Source: Akkermansia muciniphila ATCC BAA-835 (GTDB lineage Bacteria > Verrucomicrobiota > Verrucomicrobiia > Verrucomicrobiales > Akkermansiaceae). Taken from it: 32,000 bases of DNA. The DNA is taken from NCBI RefSeq assembly GCF_000020225.1, contig NC_010655.1, positions 1,590,001-1,622,000 of the forward strand. Direction: 5' to 3'. Positions 26,999 to 32,000 of this stretch are shown piece by piece. Each line of letters begins with the position of its first letter. Positions within the stretch are counted from its first letter, which is position 1. Under the pieces are notes generated by a model that made no database searches, was not told the DNA's origin, and saw only the letters and a list, made by a program, of their open reading frames with translations. A program made the translations under genes and the position numbers.

Positions 26999-27937
26999 AT
27001 GGCTATATCAACAATACCATTCCACCCGCTCGACGCCGAGAATAATCCTCGTTATAAAGTGAAGAAAAAGGACGCACCCAAGATCGTCTGGCATGAGACG
27101 GAAGAAACCGGGGCGCATGATTGGGAAGGATACATTCGTATTCCCTTCGATAAGGAATGTGCCTTTACCATTCAGATGGACGACAACGGTTACTTGGAAA
27201 TCGACAACCAGAAAGTGGTGGAACTCAACGGTAGCAACTCATCCAAGAAAGCGGAGGGTAAGAAGGAGCTCAAGCAAGGTTACCATTATGTCAAGCTCCA
27301 TCATGAAAATTTGAAGGTTCCGGATGCAATTGCTCCCTATCCCAATGCGGAAGAATTCGTTCCTCAAATGGATGGTGTTGACCTGGAACTTTGGGAAATT
27401 GATGCTCCCACGAATCTCTGGAAGATGGAGGATGCCCAAAAACTGCTGAAATGTTACAATGTGGTGGATTATGTCACTATGCCTGATCCTGGACAGGTTT
27501 GGGCTTATATTGGGGGGTGGCTCTACCAGGCTCACTTAAAGGAAATTAAGGACAATGTTCCGGAACAATCGCGCAATTATTATAACAGTTGTGCCTTGCG
27601 AATGAGTATTGCTCTAAGTTCCTTCGGAAAGGATTTGAAGGGTGAAGCAGGAGCGGAGCTCATAGGAGACAAGGCGAACGCTGATACAATAGGAGGTAAA
27701 ACCCATGTCATCACCCGTGCACGGGATATGGCTGCTTATGTGCAAAAACTCTTGGGCGACCCTGATTATCCCGACGCCCAGGATAAAGGTTATTGCAGCC
27801 CGCAGCCGGGCGACATCATTGTGTTTGCAGGAAATGGCCATGTAGGAATGTGTCCGGGAGACAACATATTCATTGGCAGTTTTCTGACTGGCCCTATTTG
27901 GTTAATCAATCGGTCCACATTGAAAGACGCTGAATAA
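26999..27937 (+). CDS. PA14-like domain + Tae4-like (T6SS amidase effector 4 family) peptidoglycan amidase
   Basis: The N-terminal half, WEGYIRIPFDKECAFTIQMDDNGYLEIDNQKVVEL...LKQGYHYVKLHHEN, has a PA14-type pattern. The C-terminal half has YYNSCALRMSIALSSFG (compare Tae4 ..QNACPIRMSYVLNATGF..), ITRARDMAAYVQKLLGDPD (compare IYRVNDMIDYLTHTMGKPD) and GDIIVFAGNGHVGMCPGDN (candidate catalytic His/Asp). No signal peptide is present. Confidence 0.6.
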   Translation: MAISTIPFHPLDAENNPRYKVKKKDAPKIVWHETEETGAHDWEGYIRIPFDKECAFTIQMDDNGYLEIDNQKVVELNGSNSSKKAEGKKELKQGYHYVKLHHENLKVPDAIAPYPNAEEFVPQMDGVDLELWEIDAPTNLWKMEDAQKLLKCYNVVDYVTMPDPGQVWAYIGGWLYQAHLKEIKDNVPEQSRNYYNSCALRMSIALSSFGKDLKGEAGAELIGDKANADTIGGKTHVITRARDMAAYVQKLLGDPDYPDAQDKGYCSPQPGDIIVFAGNGHVGMCPGDNIFIGSFLTGPIWLINRSTLKDAE

Positions 27938-27956
27938 TTCATAAACTTCTCTTTCA

Positions 27957-27993
27957 CGGGGCGAATGCTGTTAGAGCGTTCGCCCCGTTTTTT
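27957..27993 (+). terminator. Rho-independent terminator between the amidase gene and the downstream gene
   Basis: CGGGGCGAA-(13-nt loop with inner GCT/AGC pairing)-TTCGCCCCG is followed by TTTTTT, starting 20 nt after the stop codon. Confidence 0.8.
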
Positions 27994-28006
27994 GAACATA
28001 ATGGGG

Positions 28007-28020
28007 AAAAAATAATATAT
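28007..28020 (+). promoter_or_regulatory. A6-TAATATAT element immediately upstream of ATG 28027 (candidate -10 / A-rich leader)
   Basis: AAAAAATAATATAT shares 13 nt with 29211-29223. A TTGAAC -35-like hexamer lies at 27992-27997. Confidence 0.3.
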
Positions 28021-28026
28021 ACTTTT

Positions 28027-28593
28027 ATGGATAAAACATCTCTCTTTTGCTGTTTGCTTTCCGGTCTGATGGCGTTATCGGTTAGTGCTACGTCTCCTGT
28101 TGCCACGCAGGCTGAAGTGTCCGGGGATATTTCTCTCCGTGGTATAGCCAGACTCCTGCAGAAAAGCGATATTGTCTTAGCGGTTGTCATTTATAAGACG
28201 GTGGAAACTACCCAGGAGACGATATTCTACGCCCGCGTCATTCAGTCCCTCCGGGGAGACATTCCTGTAGAAGCCCTGGTTCAGTGGAGAGGGGCGGCGA
28301 ATAATCTCCCTGTGGGCGGCTCTCCTAAAACAGAACTGTATTCGAGTTGTAATCTGAGTTATGTCCTTGCGACTTCAAAGGAGGTAGAAAAACTGCTGGG
28401 TACGCCGGAAGATTTTATTCCGGCTGACAGCATTTATGGACTGGCTTCCTACAATTTGGGAAATGACGTCAGTTTTTTCCCGATGACGGAGAGTAACTCA
28501 GGCCGCGCCATGAAAAAGCTCCTCCGTATCGAACCGGCCAAAATTACTGAAGAATCGGAGGCGGCCCGCTTCCAGCCGGAATCCGGCGAGTAA
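28027..28593 (+). CDS. Secreted (Sec signal peptide) hypothetical protein; candidate periplasmic immunity partner of the amidase
   Basis: MDKTSLFCCLLSGLMALSVSA|TSP is a signal peptide. The protein is 188 aa with no recognisable family. It lies directly downstream of the Tae4-like gene and has its own terminator. Confidence 0.45.
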   Translation: MDKTSLFCCLLSGLMALSVSATSPVATQAEVSGDISLRGIARLLQKSDIVLAVVIYKTVETTQETIFYARVIQSLRGDIPVEALVQWRGAANNLPVGGSPKTELYSSCNLSYVLATSKEVEKLLGTPEDFIPADSIYGLASYNLGNDVSFFPMTESNSGRAMKKLLRIEPAKITEESEAARFQPESGE

Positions 28594-28632
28594 TCCGGTT
28601 TTCTCTCTACGCTTCGATTTTATTTGAATCAT

Positions 28633-28664
28633 CCCCGTTCATGAAATATGAGCGGGGCTTTTTT
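28633..28664 (+). terminator. Rho-independent terminator after the secreted-protein gene
   Basis: CCCCGTTCAT-gaaat-ATGAGCGGGG (10 bp with one G.U pair) is followed by CTTTTTT. A second, weaker hairpin with a T-run follows at 28668-28692. Confidence 0.75.
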
Positions 28665-28692
28665 GTGGAGGAGGTTCATTCTCCTGTTTTTT

Positions 28693-28702
28693 GGGGGGGG
28701 GG
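28693..28702. repeat. G10 homopolymer tract
   Basis: Ten consecutive G residues lie between the double terminator and motif copy C, 27 nt upstream of ATG 28729. Confidence 0.9.
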
Positions 28703-28709
28703 CGGAAGC

Positions 28710-28731
28710 GCAACGCACGGCCATTTGTATG
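28710..28731 (+). promoter_or_regulatory. Conserved start-proximal motif, copy C
   Basis: GCAACG CACGGC CATTTGT ATG is identical to copy B at 21 of 22 positions. The ATG is at 28729. Confidence 0.6.
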
Positions 28732-29166
28732 GCAAAAGCATCTGATTTTATCCAGCACGGAGAAGGTATTTTCGGGCTCAATTATTCCGGTGAACAGGAA
28801 TTCGGAGCAATCATTTCTTCCGTTAGTTATTCATGGTCGGCCAAAGGTGATGTAGAACTTACTGGGGACAAGGGATTGATGGAGGGGAACACGCTTTATG
28901 ATTCCCGCTGTGAAATTACCTGGGAAGCCTATATGAGAAAGACTGGCACGGAAGTGCCCCACATTGGCGATATTGTTGATGTGCATGCTGATGTCTTGAA
29001 TCTCTGCATCAAGAATTCCGGTGAAGAAATTCCGGCAAAGGTGACTAAGGCCATTTGCAAGAGCGTGGATGTGAAGATGGAGACGCAGAATTATAGGAGT
29101 TTCACGGTTAAAGCTACTTATGGTCCTAATATCGTTGCTCTGAATCCGGATATTGCTTCCGAATGA
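28729..29166 (+). CDS. Putative major tail (tube) protein
   Basis: A 145-aa beta-rich protein upstream of the chaperone pair and tape measure gene. The start is set at the motif, because the tracked start at 28648 lies inside the terminator hairpin. Confidence 0.45.
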   Translation: MAKASDFIQHGEGIFGLNYSGEQEFGAIISSVSYSWSAKGDVELTGDKGLMEGNTLYDSRCEITWEAYMRKTGTEVPHIGDIVDVHADVLNLCIKNSGEEIPAKVTKAICKSVDVKMETQNYRSFTVKATYGPNIVALNPDIASE

Positions 29167-29210
29167 CAAATTTAAGGGGGGTGAGCTTCACGCCTCCCCT
29201 CCCCTCAAAC

Positions 29211-29225
29211 AAAAAATAATATAAT
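29211..29225 (+). promoter_or_regulatory. A6-TAATATAAT element (contains TATAAT) upstream of ATG 29235
   Basis: AAAAAATAATATAAT contains a TATAAT hexamer at 29220-29225, 9 nt before the start codon. Confidence 0.3.
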
Positions 29226-29234
29226 AGACAGAAC

Positions 29235-29609
29235 ATGAATAATATAATCAATATTGAAGATATTAATCTCGCCAGCGCTTTGCTCGCTGCTACAGCCCCT
29301 ATCGCCAAGCGGGCGGAGATAATCATTACAGACCGGGGAGAACGGAAGGTTTTTTATTTTACGGATACCCTGGAGACGCGGGAAATGATCAGGAAGTGGA
29401 AGGATCCTGATTTTGTGAAGAACAATCCGGAAGATCCGTTTGCCCTGGTCAAGGCGGCCTTTGATTGCCGCCGCGGCATTCTGTCTGGCCTTTCCCGATT
29501 CCGGAAAATAGCCTGCATCCGTTCCAGGGATGGGGAGAAGGTCGCCTTAATTCCGGAGAATTGTCCGGAAGAGGATAAAATGGAAATCATGGGGCGTTTG
29601 AACTCTTGA
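29235..29609 (+). CDS. Small hypothetical protein (DUF5659-like opening)
   Basis: NIEDINLASALLAATAPIAKRAEIIITDRGERKVFYFTDT resembles the (D)LxLAxxL..-F-F pattern of DUF5659 proteins as I remember it. It is inserted between the tail tube and chaperone genes. Confidence 0.3.
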   Translation: MNNIINIEDINLASALLAATAPIAKRAEIIITDRGERKVFYFTDTLETREMIRKWKDPDFVKNNPEDPFALVKAAFDCRRGILSGLSRFRKIACIRSRDGEKVALIPENCPEEDKMEIMGRLNS

Positions 29610-29619
29610 GTGTTGGAAT

Positions 29620-30003
29620 ATGATGAAAGATGAGGAAAAAGCCTTGAAGCTCCGTCCCCTGTCTATTGGGAGCATGGAGCTGATGCAGCGGTTTAACTGT
29701 GGATTCATGGACGGGAGCATGAATCTGGGCTGCATTGTGGAATATATTTATATTCATACGGAGGATATTGAAACGCTTGAGTCCATGAGCCTTGAAGCGT
29801 TTAAGGAAGCCGTCCGAAGATTCAAATATGAATTAAGCCCTGATGAAATGCAGCGTATTTCCTCCCTGGTAGGCCTGCAGGCGCAGCAGGTGGATGAAGC
29901 CGCTTTTACTGTTGAGGACTCCAAAAAAAAACGGGAGGGGACAGGCCGGATTATTTTATCCAGGTGGTTTGGGCGATTGCGTCGAAAACGGGCTATCCCT
30001 TAA
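29620..30003 (+). CDS. Tail assembly chaperone (lambda gpG analogue), zero-frame product
   Basis: An acidic 127-aa ORF immediately upstream of the tape measure gene. It contains the slippery A9 run near its 3' end. Confidence 0.6.
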   Translation: MMKDEEKALKLRPLSIGSMELMQRFNCGFMDGSMNLGCIVEYIYIHTEDIETLESMSLEAFKEAVRRFKYELSPDEMQRISSLVGLQAQQVDEAAFTVEDSKKKREGTGRIILSRWFGRLRRKRAIP

Positions 30004-30170
30004 ATTACATTAAATATGATATTCCCTACAGCATGATCCTGCAGTTCCTGATGAGCGAGTGTGTTGCAAATGGCGTAAGCTGTTATTACACCCATGCCCG
30101 GAAGGTGGATCATGCTGATTTGGAGCGTTTGGACGCTCTGTTTAACAAGCCTGTTGATGTTGAAGAATGA
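29620..30170 (+). CDS. Tail assembly chaperone frameshift fusion (gpGT analogue), about 183 aa via -1 PRF at 29923-29931
   Basis: The G / G-T arrangement upstream of the tape measure gene is conserved in long-tailed phages. The -1 extension ..TGGDRPDYFIQVVWAIASKTGYPLNYIKYDIPYSMILQFLM.. looks protein-like. Confidence 0.5.
29923..29931 (+). other. Slippery A9 run (A AAA AAA C), a candidate programmed -1 ribosomal frameshift site
   Basis: The zero frame reads tcc aaa aaa aaa cgg. The -1 frame is open from 29916 through 30167 with its stop at 30168-30170, and the tape measure ATG at 30167 overlaps that stop (ATGA). Confidence 0.55.
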
Positions 30171-32000
30171 GTGCCGTAAAATTTAAATTCTCCGGAGATT
30201 CTTCGGAATTGCTCAAAGAACTGGAGAACATTAAGGAAAAGATCCGCGAGACCTCGGGGCAGGCGGCAAATATGCGTGTTGCTAAGGGCGGTAAGGCTGA
30301 CGTAGAGGGATTGGGGGCGTCTTTCAAGAAGTTATTGCCTGCAATTACGGCTGCCGGCGCTGCCGCGGCAGGATTTGGGGCGGCATGGAGCGCTGTCAAA
30401 ACAGGAATCAATGACGCGATGGATGATGAATACATGGCGGTACAGTTATCTTCCTATACAAAAAATATTGAGTCGGCCAGGGATTTGCAGTCCCAGCTTG
30501 ATCATCTGGCGGCAAATGGCGTTGTTAGCCTGGACGATTTAGGGAAAGCCGCTCAAAACCTGGCCATGCATTTTCGGACAAATAATACGGCTATCATGAG
30601 CTGGTCGAAAGTTTTTGCAGATATTGCCGCGTCCGGAAAGATTTCCGCAGAGCAGCTTTCCAATTCATGGGCGAAGGTGATGGCAAACGGATTTGCCGAT
30701 TCACGGGCCATTAACCAGCTGCAGAATCAGGGCATTCCCATTATCAAGGCTTTGGCGGAAGAAATGGGCGTGGCGGAAAGACAGGTTGTTGAGCTCGCCA
30801 AGAAGCGGGAAATTTCCGCTGACCAGTACGTGAACGCCATGAAGAAAATGCGTGACGCGGAATTTTCCGGGAAGAATTCCGCATTGTCTAATACGACCAT
30901 CGGTTCATGGGAAACGCTCAAGGCTACTTTTGAAAATACTATGGGGGATCTGGTGAGTGATAATGTCTCAAAAACGGCCGGGCTTTTTCAGTACCTGACA
31001 TCTCGAATAGAAGAGGCCTCCGAGGTTGGTTTTCATTTTTACGCCATGAATCAAGAGAATTTATCTCTTTTTGAGATCATGTTATCTAGAGTTCAGGCTG
31101 GTTTTGCTGGTCTTACAGGGATTTTTGTGAATGGAAAGTGGGAAAATCCATATCAAGAGGGGACGTATGACCAAAGGAAAAATCTGATTGATTACGGTTC
31201 ATCTGATAAAATCAGGGAAGAAATATCCAAGGCCAAAAGCAATGATGAAATTGAGCTTGTTCAAGAGCGGCTAGGTAAAGAATGGGATGATCTTATTAAA
31301 CAACGCGGCATCCGTCAGAATTATATTGCAAACGATGGCGTAAACAGTGCAGAAGCAAAGGCGGAAATTGAGGCTATTGACAGGATGATTGCCGCCCGTC
31401 AAGAACTTCTTGAGGAAATAGAAGAAGGAGTTTTGTGGAGGGAGAATGAGAAGCAATCAATTAAAGAGATCGTAGAAAACAATCAGAAGGAAGCGAGGGC
31501 TGCCGCTGATTTGAACGATGCAATGGAGAAGCTTAATGAAACAAGAGATAAAGCAAATAAGCAAAAGCCTAAAAAGAAACAGGATGATTTATCAGTCGAT
31601 GGTCTAAAGAAACAGCTTGAAGACGAATTAGCCGCTGTTCAACATATTTCCTTGGATGATTTGGAAGAGGAATTGAAATTACTTGAAAAAGAATTCCAAG
31701 CAGGAGCTTTAGATTTTAATGCAGCCACGAGATATGAAAAGCTGTTATCCGTGGCTGACTCCATCCGGGAAATTAACGCTCAATTAAATAAAAAGAACAG
31801 AGCCGTTAATGATGTGAGACAGGATGCGCAGGAAGAAATTGCCATCATGCAGGCCGAACTTGACGGCGAAAAGGAAAAGCGGCGCGAACTGGAAAAGCAG
31901 CGGGATGTGCGGAAGGAAATGCAATCCCTCGTGAAAAGCGGCATGAATGAGCATGACGCCCTGGGGCTGGCGGAACAGAAGGTTTCCCTGACATACAAGA
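30167..32000 (+). CDS. Tail tape measure protein (3' end beyond the window)
   Basis: My own translation from ATG 30167 stays open to nt 32000 (more than 611 aa). It includes a TMP N-terminal-domain-like segment (..ISAEQLSNSWAKVMANGFADSRAINQLQNQGIPIIKALAEEMGVAERQVVELAKKREISADQYVNAMKKM..) and a long coiled-coil region rich in E, K and Q. Confidence 0.85.
   Translation, partial: MSAVKFKFSGDSSELLKELENIKEKIRETSGQAANMRVAKGGKADVEGLGASFKKLLPAITAAGAAAAGFGAAWSAVKTGINDAMDDEYMAVQLSSYTKNIESARDLQSQLDHLAANGVVSLDDLGKAAQNLAMHFRTNNTAIMSWSKVFADIAASGKISAEQLSNSWAKVMANGFADSRAINQLQNQGIPIIKALAEEMGVAERQVVELAKKREISADQYVNAMKKMRDAEFSGKNSALSNTTIGSWETLKATFENTMGDLVSDNVSKTAGLFQYLTSRIEEASEVGFHFYAMNQENLSLFEIMLSRVQAGFAGLTGIFVNGKWENPYQEGTYDQRKNLIDYGSSDKIREEISKAKSNDEIELVQERLGKEWDDLIKQRGIRQNYIANDGVNSAEAKAEIEAIDRMIAARQELLEEIEEGVLWRENEKQSIKEIVENNQKEARAAADLNDAMEKLNETRDKANKQKPKKKQDDLSVDGLKKQLEDELAAVQHISLDDLEEELKLLEKEFQAGALDFNAATRYEKLLSVADSIREINAQLNKKNRAVNDVRQDAQEEIAIMQAELDGEKEKRRELEKQRDVRKEMQSLVKSGMNEHDALGLAEQKVSLTYK

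Larger units (their letters stand above)
21330..32000 (+). mobile_element. Phage-derived siphovirus-like morphogenesis cluster (prophage, prophage remnant, or GTA/tailocin-like element); the left border is approximate and the right end lies beyond the window
   Basis: Collinear + strand order: gpW-like, portal, S49 protease, scaffold, capsid, neck genes, tail tube, G/GT chaperones, tape measure. GC is visibly lower than in the flanking chromosome. An AT-rich junction lies at 21,330-21,400. No integrase, terminase or att repeat is visible in the window. Confidence 0.85.

Noticed and set aside
21567-28728. N-terminal extensions of tracked ORFs 21567.., 25327.. and 28648.., which share a peptide like QRTAICM.
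   Set aside because: The shared peptide is the translation of the conserved nucleotide motif GCAACG-N6-CATTTGT. Two of the extensions also run through intrinsic terminator hairpins. The internal ATGs at 21606, 25399 and 28729 are the plausible starts.
1-32000. CRISPR arrays, rRNA/tRNA genes, IS elements or transposase genes.
   Set aside because: I saw no regularly spaced repeat-spacer pattern, no rRNA or tRNA-like conserved blocks, and no transposase or integrase ORF. The only tandem repeat is the 14-nt unit at 5524-5565.

Overview
The window has two parts. Nt 1 to about 19,500 is high-GC, densely packed housekeeping chromosome. Many genes lack a Shine-Dalgarno sequence and a PEP-CTERM protein is present, which fits a Verrucomicrobiota/Akkermansia-like genome, but I cannot verify that without a search. 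This part carries an M16 peptidase (5'-truncated), an HD-domain protein, a translationally coupled MarR-DUF1848-radical-SAM operon, bactofilin-frr-pyrH, an MscS-family channel, a peroxiredoxin, an SNF-family Na+ symporter, a large membrane-anchored hypothetical protein, an IF-1-like S1 protein, recR, fabF, msrB, dinB and an MFS transporter. Long antisense ORFs across this region are GC-driven shadows. An AT-rich break and a PEP-CTERM gene follow at 19.9-21.1 kb. From about 21.3 kb to the right edge the GC content drops (sampled lines about 45% versus about 60% or more, by eye only). That stretch is a siphovirus-like morphogenesis cluster, all on the + strand: gpW-like, lambda-type portal, S49 prohead protease, scaffold-like, putative major capsid, three neck/connector genes, putative tail tube, a G/GT tail chaperone pair with an A9 slippery site, and a tape measure gene that runs off the window. 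The points most worth a second look are these. (1) A terminator-insulated two-gene cassette sits between the neck and tail-tube genes. It encodes a PA14-like + Tae4-like (T6SS-type) peptidoglycan amidase and a Sec-signal protein that could be its immunity partner. (2) A fixed-register motif, GCAACG-N6-CATTTGT-ATG, directly abuts the start codon of three structural modules, with a fourth looser copy. (3) No terminase gene lies upstream of gpW/portal. (4) A G10 tract and a perfect 22-bp palindrome sit at regulatory positions. (5) The MarR-DUF1848-SplB-like operon has an upstream 14-nt tandem repeat and is followed by a roughly 750-bp gene-free gap with opposed terminators. All family assignments come from motif recognition by eye or memory and need HMM or BLAST confirmation.
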